Assembly: GCA_964036045.1 (NCBI GenBank)
Contig: OZ038378.1
Location: 141,236,001 to 141,300,000, forward strand
DNA: 64,000 nucleotides
Source of the DNA: Eutreptiella sp. 'Long Island Sound 2002'
Taxonomy: Eukaryota > Protista > Euglenida
Direction of reading: 5' to 3'
The notes below the pieces were generated by a model. That model saw nothing but the letters and a program-made list of their open reading frames with translations, did no database searches and was not told where the DNA came from. The position numbers were made by a program, and so were the translations under genes. How positions within the stretch are numbered: the stretch's first letter is position 1; every line of letters starts with the position of its first letter. Positions 46,787 to 59,310 of the stretch are shown in pieces.

Positions 46787-48819
46787 CTGTAAGACGGGCA
46801 TTGCGGAAGCTATCAACAAAGACATTGTGTTAATTGCTGGGCTCTTTTATGCTGGACCCTCAGTAAATGGTCTGTTGACCAACCGCTGCTGATGATTTTC
46901 CTGCCAGCCGCTACACTGCTAGCCAGACCCTAAACACAGCTCCCCCAGCCCCTCCCCTGATGCACCTGAGGAGGGGAATAAGCAGGAACGCAAGGGAAAG
47001 GAAGGGAAACCAAGAGAAGGGGTGGGGTGAAGCCAGGAGGGAGAGAGACGTATACTTGATTGCTGGCGGCATGTGTCCGGCCGCCCATTCTAGAGGGATT
47101 TGCAGGCATTTGAATGGCTTCTTTGTCTCCCGCTTCTTCTACCGTTTCCCCAAGTAGCATTTTTACCGTGTGTCCGGCGTTGATCTAGCCAGTGCGGTGG
47201 GGTGTTCTCTGGAGCGGTGAATTGCAACACCAGTGCCTGCCACTTGACCTGACCTTGTCACACGCGGTGCCGCTGCCTGTGCCTCTGCCTCTGGCTGACA
47301 GGGTGTGAAGGGGAAGTGTGTTATAGCAATTTCAAGTTCTTCTTGTTTGTTTGCCGTCAGACATGTTTTTCATGTCCGACGATCCGGACGACTGGTGATG
47401 CAAGGTTGGGCGGAGTTGGCAAGAGCACGAGTAGCGGAGGAGTTGGGGCCAAGCAGCGCAAAAGGCAATAGACAGATGCCGGGACGCTGTCGCGTCACAG
47501 GACGGTGAACCAATAAGAGGATGGTCTCCGGAGACAAAAAGCCCGCTCTGGTGGTTTGCAGGGCAGAGGCGACTACTATTTTCTCGTTCCAACACAATGA
47601 CAGCAGTTGACTGGGAAGCTGCCGGCAAGGATAGCACCCAAAACACCAGCCGGGAGAAAGTTGGTAAAAGGGACGGTGAGGGGAGAAGCCCTAATCCTCA
47701 AACCTTTTGCACTACTACAGCTGCCCCCTAGCAAGCATGGAGAGCTCAACACATCTCAGAACAACCCAGCAGGGCAGACAAATCTACAATTTCCAAGGAC
47801 ACAATCAGCAATGCAAATACCTGCGAAAAACCCCCCAAATGCCCAAAAATTGGCCTAGTACCGGGGGAACCCCACGACTTACCCTGCCCACGGTGAACAG
47901 CCAATTCCTGCGCACATCCAAAGTCTATCTAGTCAATGTCTATGAAAACTCTTCGCTTCCGGCATACATCCACAGAAATCTGCTGCTGCAAGAGTGCAAG
48001 CCGCAAATGCAGCCTAAGAAACGAGGCCTTAGAGGGTACGTTTGCCCGGCGCGTGCCTAACCCGCCTAGCGCGCCTCACATCCAAATGAATGTTCCGACC
48101 ATCTTTCACAATGCTTTACCCCCTAACATCACTCCCTCCTCTAGCCCAGGAACCCTAGCACAAGCACATTGTATGACTGTTGGCGATGAACTAAATTACC
48201 ATTTTTTCGCCCAACAAATGGGACGATCACATGCACCCTACCCTTGTTGGCCCATCATGGCCATCCACCTCAAAATCAAAGAAACCCCCTCTTGTGCGTG
48301 ACGGACCATTCAAGTGGCCACACCGAAAAGTGGGAGTTCTTAACCCCACCTCAAGGGGCCACACCAAAGCGTGGGAGTACTTTGCCCGGCGCACCTGGAG
48401 CGTGCCCAGCGCGCTAACGTACTCTCTTGGAGTGGTGGACCACCCTGGGAGCATAATAGCTGTGTGTTGGGCTTTCCCGAGTGGCGCGTGCCCGTGTGGA
48501 ATGCTGTGGTGCATGTTTGGCTGGTGCCACATGCGGATGTGGGGTCAGAGGGTGCATGATTGGGTGCCCCGTGCATTGCAGGTGCGAGGCACACCTCCAG
48601 CCCCTGTGTGGCAGACACACAAGGCGGCTGCCGCCCCAAGCTACAGGTGGCACCGGCAGGTCCAGCCACCGGGGACAACCCTGCGGGCAGACGCTCACGC
48701 GGCGGCACACGCCAGGTGGCCGGCGCTGTGCCTCGGGTACTGATGCATGTGCCCCTCCACCTCCACAAATCGCTGCCTACACCACTACGACCAGGCCATA
48801 GAGCTTACCCACGCCGGGG

Positions 48820-48960
48820 TGGGGTGAGGGGGTCATTTCTGGTCCTGGCAACACCACCCACCCACCCACCAACAGAATAGATTTCCTCAGAGAGCAAATG
48901 AAATCATTCAGGGGGCCAGAAAATTGAGGCCGATTTAGGCACTCCTGGGGTATTTTGCCC
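48820..48960 (+). repeat. Family C copy
   Basis: ccacccacccaccaacagaatagatttcctcagagagcaaatgaa, similar to 61-190. Confidence 0.6.
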
Positions 48961-49049
48961 ACTAAGCCTTGGCCGGACTACGACAGCACTTCTTCGGCAA
49001 CAAGCTGATCGATGATCAAAGCTGTGCTGCCTGAGGAGAAGGGGATCAC

Positions 49050-49170
49050 CTTCAGACAAATCTGAGAACGATTCAAACAGCTCCGACAAGTGCTGGGCTG
49101 ATGCCTGCTCAGCCCATGGGCACATGAGCAGACCAAAGACAAGCAGCAGCAAGACCTCTGACTGGTGCAT
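49050..49170 (-). CDS. Putative first coding exon with signal peptide (MHQSEVLLLLVFGLLMCPWAEQASA-QHLSELFESFSDLSE)
   Basis: ATG in an ACAAAATG context, about 20 nt downstream of the pyrimidine-rich acceptor CCTTTCCCACAG. Hydrophobic core followed by an A-S-A cleavage motif. The phase-1 donor GAAG|GTGATC is in frame with TSR exon A. Confidence 0.6.
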
Positions 49171-49630
49171 TTTGTATGGGTTGGAGATCCTGTGGGAAAG
49201 GCAGTGAGCATTGTGAGCGATGGGTGATGCATGACGGCAAATAGTAGGGTGTGGTTTCAAAGTGCATTGGGCGGTTGCCAAGATGCTCGCTTTAAGCTTC
49301 ACTAGCAGATGGGACCACCACAACTGTGGCCCAAATTCTTGGGACTGGCCAAGGCTATTTTTTTGGTTGCTCCTTTGCGATGCTGAATGACTGCCACCTG
49401 CAGAGGGTGAGCAGTGTGCCCTGATGTGGCAATAACCGCATCCAGGCATGTACCAAGATTATCAAAGTAGCATTTCAATCTCGTGTTCGCAAGCAACCAC
49501 TTCCAAGCCCAGTTCTCTTCGTTGCCCTCAGTCCTGCGCCCTCCCAGAAGGAACAGTCATCAAGGGAGTGCTTGCGCTGGGCACGCCATGCGCGCACCCT
49601 GCCACTACTTTTATTATGACTTTCCCAGAT

Positions 49631-49924
49631 TCAGTCCCCAAGTTCACCATTACCCAATGAAGCGTTAGGCAGGGGAATGTGATGACGGTCGTGTTGGGTA
49701 GCGACCGCGAACGGCACTTCCATCAACAATGGTGGTGGAGACTCGAGACTGGGGATACCAAAGGAGATGGAGTCCATGGGGCATCAATGATTGAGGACCT
49801 GCACACCAGGTTGATCATACTCCAACTCCACATGCCCATCGTGCAAAAGGCCAACCACCTTCGTGGGTACCCAAAGCCCAGGAGACCCGGTGTAGAACAC
49901 CCTGTCCCCAATGCCCAAATCCAT
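49631..49924 (-). pseudogene. Tudor/SH3-like coding remnant with an internal stop (MDLGIGDRVFYTGSPGLWVPTKVVGLLHDGHVELEYDQPGVQVLNH*CPMDSISF)
   Basis: Reads as a beta-barrel GD.V..W..A.V..V.Y-type pattern; lies directly 3' of an RNase H remnant. Confidence 0.45.
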
Positions 49925-50249
49925 AACAAAGCTAGGGTGCACCAACAGACATGGTGGTCACATGTGCCATTGGTGTTGATTACGGGTACCTCAAGTTCTT
50001 GGCGTTGCTGTGGGAGCCTCCCCTGGAGGGGGGGAGGGGGGGGCTCCAGTGCACATGGAGGAGATCTGCTCCCTCATTTGTTGATTTTCCACAGGGGAAG
50101 GTGGGGGAGTAGTCGCAGGAGCGCATTGGCAGCGCCACTGGTGATGGGGCGTTTCAGTAGCTCGTGTGCCTTGAATACCGGGGTCTGTCTCGCCCGTTTC
50201 GGCCCTCGCGCGTGTTTGTCCTGTCGTTTCGGTTTGTAGTTCACCTGCA

Positions 50250-50640
50250 TGCGAAGGGTGTCGGCAGTGGGGTGTTGCTGAATTGCCTTCCGCCGTAGCG
50301 GCGTATACCACATGGGTGTACTGGTTGTGGTACTCCTGCGTGCGCCCGGTGCGGGCGTAGTGCCGCGATCCACTTTTTGGCCGGGGCGGTGCCTCTGTGC
50401 CTCCCAGGGAGATGCTAGAGGGGGAGGTCGGGGTGAAGAGTGGCAGGGGTAGGGTGGTGGCCAGTTTGGCCAGCCGTTCAACCTCATTGTTGTGCAAGAT
50501 GTCAGTACGTTGCTATGCATCGTGTGCATCGGATAGCTGGCGGTGGCCGGGAATCCAGCGCACCGCGATAGATTTGCGTTGGATGATGAGGGCGGCCATC
50601 TCTTGGAGGTCAATGCCTGACGCCTCAAGATGGGGGAAAC
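50250..50640 (-). mobile_element. Degenerate retrotransposon RNase H fragment
   Basis: IIQRKSIAVRWIPGHRQLSDAHDA*QRTDILHNNEVERLAKLA matches the RNase H C-terminal W.PGH...NE.AD.LAK motif; contains one premature TAG and a downstream frameshift. Confidence 0.7.
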
Positions 50641-51199
50641 AAGAGATTTCGGAAAGTGTGCACTGCAATGAGACTGGCGGGGGCTCCCCACTTGGAAGAA
50701 TTTTTGGCTCTTACAACCCACTTCTCACCACCCCCGGAAAGACAACCTGGTGGGGAAACTTTTTGAGATCACCCCCATATTTTCATGACCTTTGCATAGG
50801 GCAGTTTGTACAGTTTGCAGCTTTAACATGTCATTGTGTTTAGATGCACGCGGACTTGTTTTGGCTACTGCTAGTGAAGGGCTCTGCCACAAAAACCCCA
50901 TTGTCACAATCATCGTCGTGATTTGTCCCCTCTCATTTTACGGTGCCGGCGCCGTAAACATTTACAGCGCTGGCAGAATGATCCTCCCCTGCCCATTGGT
51001 GGTGTGCAATGGTGTGTCCCGTCGGGCTTGTGTGGAAGGCTTTTCAACTCACCCCCATATCAGCATAATACAACCCGTGGAGTATGCCCAAGTTGACCAG
51101 CTCTGCGCTTCTCAGTCAGACAGGGATCCAAGGAGGGGTGTAGTCAAACCCTCCCTTTGGGGGGGGGTTGAATCTTCCTGCTACCTGACTACCCCCCCC

Positions 51200-51835
51200 C
51201 CTCAGAATTGCCCAAACGGACGCCTAGGCCCACTAGGCTGCGGCAAGCTGCAAGCTCAAGCCCAAACAGGTGGGTGCCCACTTGCCCAAATGGGTTAACA
51301 GGGTCCAGTAGGAGCAAAAAGATGACTTTTCTCAAAGATGATCCTAGACCATGTGCGACGCCGAAACAAGTGTTTTTGGACCGTTTTGAGCTTGTGGTGG
51401 CCCATTTTGGTCCTCCGAAAATCCCAAAATGCCTTGAAAATGGGCTGTTTTGGGACCAAAAATGGGTCAAAAATGGGTCAAAAACGCATTTTTCCAAACC
51501 TCATCCTAGACCATTTGGGGTGCACAAACGGGTGAAATGAGCCCATTTTGAGCCCATTTTGGGGCATTTTGGCCCCTCAGAAGTCCAAAAAGCCTTGAAA
51601 GTGGGCCTCGTGGTGATGGGGTTCACTTGCAAGCTGATTTCACTTTGTCAAGAGCCATCAATGTGTGAATCATTCTTGATGTCCCTCACCAGTCATAGCT
51701 GATGTTCCCTCCCCCACGAGCTCGGTCCCAATATTCAGTCTTGATTAGGGTCAGGCTTAAGGTTAGGTGTAGGGTTAGGAGCAGGCTGAGGGTTGGGGTG
51801 GGCGTTAGGTTGGGTTCAAGTATAGTGTTGGGGCG
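51200..51835 (+). mobile_element. Family D element, copy 2
   Basis: Near-identical to 32935-33590 except in the hexamer tract. Confidence 0.8.
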
Positions 51836-54800
51836 CTCCACCGCCTGGGCGGGGAGGGGTGCTACGTGGGCAAGGGGCATCAAAAAAATTTTCAGGCGCC
51901 TTGGGCGCCACCGTATGTATGGCCGATGTATGGCCGGTAGCTATTGACCCTTGGTAACTAAGTGGGCCCGGAGGTCAGGGAGGGGGGGAGGGAGTCACGT
52001 ACCCGAACTGAGGGGACGCCCCCCGCCCCCCCCGTGACTTCCCCTTCATGACCAAAATAGTCTTGTATGTCCAAATGGCAACACCTTGTGGCTACAAAAT
52101 AAGCCAAAACATGGGATTCTTCAATAACAAGATTCTTCTTTCCCGAGATGGGGGCCATTGTTTGGGGGGGGGGGGGGGGGCATGATTCTTCTTTATGGGT
52201 GGGCAGGCCATTGGCCTGGGGTGTCCATTGGCATAGGGGGGGGGGGTACAAATATTCGCCTTGGGAACCCTTCTTGCAATGATACATGGCTAGGGAAAGG
52301 ACATGGAGGCAAGATGAAGAACTAGATTTTTTGAAGGGGGCACAAGGGTGTGTGACCACCTGACCACCCTTCATGTACTCCAACACTACAATTCCCCCTT
52401 CTCCAATGGTCCCTTCATTGTGACATCAACATGCTAATCAGTGGAACGTGTGAAAATAACGGGACGCCCGGATTAAAGAAAAGAACAAGAAGATTGCATG
52501 GTGAGTTGGTGCACGAAGGGGGAATACAGTGCACAAACATCCCCAAAATCACTGATATGTGGGTTCAAGTGGGCAAACACTCACCACAAATGTTTCCATG
52601 ACTCTATGTGCCTGGCAAATTTGTCATCAAACTCATGTCTTCTGTGGCTGCACTACATTTGGTACCGAAATAAAATTAGGTACCAAATTAATATGATCCC
52701 TACGCCCGTTGTAGCTTGGACAAGGGGGTAGCTTATACAAGGGGATGCGAGTACTTCAAACATCATGTAGTATTGAAGAACATCATTTCAACATTTTTGA
52801 GACAAAAGAAAAAGGGGCCGGGTAGGGAAGGGATGAGAGCACAAAATGCTTCCGAAGTGGGATGGAAAAACGCAAATATCACATCCCCTACAATATGGGT
52901 ACTTGGTGTGACCCTGCAGGCCTAATAGTTGCACTGCGCTCACAGCGCCGTCAGTATGGGACAACCACAGGTGTGCCTTTAACAACCATAGAGGGTGTAA
53001 CCCCATGCTTGAGAACCAGCCAAGCAAAAACGTTTTCTTTGGAGTTGTAATGCTCGTTGAGCTCCAAAGTGCCAACCAACGTCTCTAGTCCTGTGGGAGA
53101 GAACTTGCACCACGAGATACTTTCACGACGAGTACACCAGAATGTCTTGCTTGCCACTACGTTCCAAAATGGCCCCTAAGAAGAGCAAACAGTTTAGCCA
53201 CAAAAAATGTATAAACATCCCGGGTTCCCACAAATGCAGCACAATCAACAGCAAAATACAAGTGGCCTACATTTCATGACCTGTGAAATAGCCCTTGGCC
53301 TGTTGTGGCCCTTCACCGTCCCAAATAACTACATCTGCAGAGTGCCCTGTGCGAGAGGACAAACCTAAACAACGACACAGCACCTTTTGTGTGAACATTG
53401 CCACAAAGCCGCGCTGCATGCGCACCACTTCATGTGCCTGCCCTTTCATCCTCGATGCTGTGATGTCTGCCAGTTTCCACCGGCACAGGGCTGCCGGCAT
53501 GTCCATGGCTGCCACCACTGCTACCTGCCCACCAAATCCTCCTAGCAGCACCTGCACCTTGCACAATGATGCAGCAAACAAAAGACACAAAAAGGATGCA
53601 AATGATTGTTTTGGGGTAAGTGTCCGTTTATGGGTGGTAATCTGCATGTGCACCTGATGCAAGCCCAACAAATGTGCACTGCAATGAATATCTTCAAAGT
53701 GCAAAACTGTAAACAACATGATCCAATGCTCCAACAAGTGTGGCGGGGTTCTGAATGTCAAAATCTCATTGAAATGCAGTGCGTCAAATGGCGCAGGGTG
53801 GCTGTTGGAGGACGACCGCAGAGACTACCATATTTCTTCAACCACAATCAAGTCTGCTACGGTTCTTTGGACCATGTTTCGTCTCCGTTCAGGGGTCCAG
53901 CAACAAGTCAGGGCAAATGGCTGCAGAACAGCGGGTGCGATCAGCCGTCATTCACAACAAAGCAGAGGAGTGGCAAGAGAGGGGAGGCATGAAGTGGGTA
54001 TGAACAACACACGTGAGTTTTGGATGGGTCAGTGCGGGGCCCACATCTGGCATCCCCTGACCCCAGGGTGCAGGTGAAATGGCACCAGCGCGCCCACAAC
54101 GGAGATCCTATGCCCGCCGCCTTTCAGAGAAGGGAGAAAAGTGTAGCCCTTGGGCCCACCGACAATGACACAGAGAGGCTGTGGCAGCCCATTGCCACGC
54201 GCTGCTGCCAACATTTAAGATGTTGCCTCTTCAGGGAAGGACCACTGCGTTCTTGACAGGCTACAAAATGGCAGGGGCAGCCGGGACATAAGGGGCTGTA
54301 GACCCCAGGGTCAGAATCAAATTGGGGGTATAAGAGCCATGCGGCTGCAACAGGAACGGGCAGTGGGGCCATCTCCGCTGCCCAACGATGCGATCCAAAA
54401 GAAACACACAACTTCTTGACACGAGGTTAAGCGGAAAGGCCAACTTGAGACTGAAACTCAAATACCTCTGCATTGGCATTGTCAGTTCCTTTGCCCAGCC
54501 ACAACTTTGGCATCCGACGTCGCGCAGGCTGGCAAGCAGGCAGCACAGCACTGAACCAGAACTGCAGCGCCTGGGTACACGGATGAGTCACATGCAATGC
54601 CAGACATGGGGTCTGGGGCCACAAACACTGCCCCTGCGTGTGCACCACTGAACATGGGACAGTGGCATCCTGGTCCGAAGTCCCCCCTTGTATGTGCAAT
54701 GGTGATACCTTTTACAGCTTGGAAACACAGGCACTTCCCTGTCGTATATGTTGGTAGGTCTATGGAATAACCCCAACACCCGCACCATGCACGCACCGCA

Positions 54801-55862
54801 TGCACCCTCCATACATAGCAGGTACTTGATGGCTCGTGAACCGAATGACCTCCGGTGCAGGTGGAAGGGGTGGGCATTATCTGTCAGGAAAGTACGTGAG
54901 AAGAAAATCTAGAAGCTGTGACCAAAAAAGCATGCAACTTATCAATTAGGAGAACGGGATAACACGTGAGATTGTTGCCCAAGATCTCAACGGATCTCAA
55001 CAGGCCCTAAAACTGGCTTAAAATTTTCCTTGCTCAGAGTTACAATAAAAACTTTCCTGGGGCACAACATGCACTGGTTCCAAAGACTCCTTTTCCAGAC
55101 CACACCTGCCACTTGCTAGCCCTGTCTAGTTTCGTTGAGGTCTCAGGTCAATCTTGGAAGGCCGTGTGGCATCAAAATGCAACATTGAGATACTCCGTGC
55201 ATTCCGTGCAATCACGTTCCAGCCCTCTTCTCTGGTTGACCGAGCACACATCACACACAGAGCTCGCAAAGGTTGCAGGGACCACATGTCCATGAAGCAT
55301 CATTGAATGGCCTGTCCGTGGAGCTCAGAGCCACGCGTGTATACGAGGGGCACTGGGGAAACAACAGTTCACAGCCACGCAAGGACAGCCCTGGGAGCCT
55401 TGGCCTGCCAAAGCCTGCTTTTGACACCTCCCTGCACTGCACTGAACGAGCCTGTGGGGTCCGACGCTGCGTGTTTGGGCCCTTCGAATGCAGCATTGCA
55501 GGCACAATACAGCTCTGCTGCCTTCGGGCCTCGAATCCCTCCCCCACGCCTGATCCGTGCGGCACACAGCGCAACAAGACGAAGGGCATAACTTCGTCAG
55601 TATGCCATTGCACGCCTGGGCCCCTTTGCGCAGACAAGCGACAACCATCGTACCCAACTCCTCCTTATGCAAGGCCTGAGCATGGGAGCCGCGTCTAACC
55701 GCCGCTCGCATGACTCAGCAGAACCTTGTGCCAGTGGAGGGAGTGGGCCGGGGTTGACTGGGTAGGGCCAGGCCCCGGCGTGTTGCAGACGGTCCTGACC
55801 TACAGCCCTGTCCCTGCAGACTTGGAATGGGCTTGCCAACGCGCATGTCTGGAGGAGTGGGC

Positions 55863-57090
<1,228 letters not shown>

Positions 57091-58929
57091 CGTGTGCGGA
57101 GGGGGTGTCTGGTCACTGCAGTGCTGTCTGGACACACCACCCAGTGATCCCTCTGTTGGTTGGGCGCTGCATGGCCGCTTTGCTCAGGCGCTGAGCTTCA
57201 GAATACCACCAGTGAAAATGTGTGGATTGGTTCGTAGCTGGGTTTCCGCGGAGGAAGTCCTCCGCTGCGTCACACCGCACGTGGGCTGCCTGGGTACGTC
57301 AAAGGGGTCCCTGGGAGGTTTGTCAGACTGATTTCTGTGGGACAGAGTGGCAGAGACAGCGGCGCCTGCAAAGGATAGATGGGGGCAATATCCTCCAAAG
57401 AAAGAGGCATAACATGGGTCAGAAATGCTGCTTGGCCATGGAACCAAACGGCGCTCGTTGAGGCCTACAAACAGAGACATCTGTGATTTGGAGGAGGATG
57501 AGGCTGCATGGTCAATAGAGTATCTTTGCGCTCATGTGCCATGCAAATCCAGGCACAATACTGCTGTTCGCATGGAGGCAGCGGCGGGGACTGACGTGTA
57601 CTGCATGCCACCCAACATTGCAGTGGGCCATGGCGCAACTTCTATGAACAGCCAGTCATGAGGATTGCCAAGAGGGAATGAGCCCAGGGCACGTTACTTA
57701 GGGACCCACGTGATGTCCGACCACCTCCATTACATCTGAACCAGATCTCAACCATACAGCGCGCATTGGGGGAATGACATGTCGTCCGGTCATGTTCTGA
57801 TGGTCTGAGCCAACAGTTTGCAGCCCAAAGCCTTGCAAAACATGAATACCAACAAAATTAAATGAGACACACAAATGCGAACACAGAAGGCCACCTTGTA
57901 TGTCCCAGGCGCTGCATCTCACAGAAAGCCAACTTAGATTAAGTGCACTTTTGCACACCAGGGTTGGCACAAAGAGAGCATGCTGCAAGAATTTCTGGAC
58001 TATCAACTTCCTCAGGGACCACCTAAGTGGAGACATGTAAGCACCATCCTAAGTAAAGCAGAGAGGAGCACCTTGGGGGCGTTTTCGCACAGCGCGGGCA
58101 CAGCGCCAATTAGTACGTTGTTCATTCCCGGGAACACCCCTGAACATGACCCACCTACAGAAGGATGCATGATCAATTCAAAACAGCATCGGGTGCACAA
58201 TTCAGGACCTTGGGACCCGTGGCATCAACAACATCCGTGATGTACCAGCAGGGGGTGTCGGGTGCAGAATTCAGGACCTTGGGTCCGTGGCTACCAGTGG
58301 TGGAAAACAGCCGACTTTTCGCACAGCACGGGCACAGCGAACGGTGCGCCCCCCTTGGCTGCATAAGCTGTATCGGGATCTCCAAAGGAGAGGGTAGTAA
58401 CGTGGTCACATCGCCCTCCGGGTCTCCAAAGCGGAGAGGAGTGTCGTGGCTACATAACCCTTGGCAGGGATGGATACTGTGGAGCCCCCCCCCCCCCCCC
58501 CCCCGGGATGACTGAGTGATGATCACGAAATTTGGCCACCCAATGTTGGCCAATGGTGACCATTTTTGACCCTTAGGAAAAAACACCATTTTTGACCCCA
58601 CATACATGTTCGTGTTCAGCACATTCCACTGATCAATTTGATGGGTCTGATGACAGTTTTTGAAAGAAAAATGCTTTCAGATTTTCCGAAGTACAGCCTT
58701 CACCATCAGAAGAACAAAGCCGTTCGTCGTTTCGTCATCTCAGGCTCCTCAGAGCCCCTCCGCCCTCCTCCCCCCAAAATAAACACGTCACTAATATGGC
58801 CATCCCTAACCCTTGCCGTATCAGAGTCTTCAAACAGAGAGGCGCCATGTGTGGCTACAATGTGTGGCTATTCCATGGGTGCAGGGTCAGCGCCGTAAAC
58901 GTGGGGCGGGCGGTGGAGAAGGAGCGGTG

Positions 58930-59310
58930 GTATTTTTTCACAAGTAAACCGTGAGAGGCACTTGTTTTCGGGGTAGGGGGCGTAAAAAGGGGAAGCCTTT
59001 TTTGAAGGTACTGGTGGGGAAGCAGCAGAGTCTGCACGGCAGCAGGTATTAGCAGATATCATGCGTGTGCTTGCGACGATGCTTGTGACGACCATTTTGG
59101 GGATGTTGAACCAGGTCCTGCCCTCAGTGAGCCTCTGGGGTTTTGAATGGTCATCTGGCTTCAGGGTGTTCCTTGCAGCGAAACGAGGAGAAGCAGCGTG
59201 TCTCCCATATCGCAGGTCAGGGGCTACATCGGTCTTATCAAGTGCCACTCGCCCAAAGAATACCAGGAAGATGGTCCATCCACCGCATGAGATCCTCTCC
59301 GCCCTTTTTG
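58930..59310 (-). mobile_element. Decayed Ty3/gypsy-like integrase C-terminal remnant
   Basis: RWMDHLPGILWA resembles W...LP.VL.AYR, and SKKASPFYAPY resembles the KL.P.F.GPY (GPY/F) motif. Different frames with stops. Confidence 0.35.

Noticed and set aside
52860-53160. zf-RVT-like LINE C-terminus (SKENVFAWLVLK)
   Set aside because: A single short motif with no RT context; too weak to call.
53295-53560. Exons of a further minus-strand gene (VLLGGFGGQVAVVAAM..., ADVVIWDGEG)
   Set aside because: Plausible splice sites but no recognisable domain and no consistent chain to the 62-kb exon.
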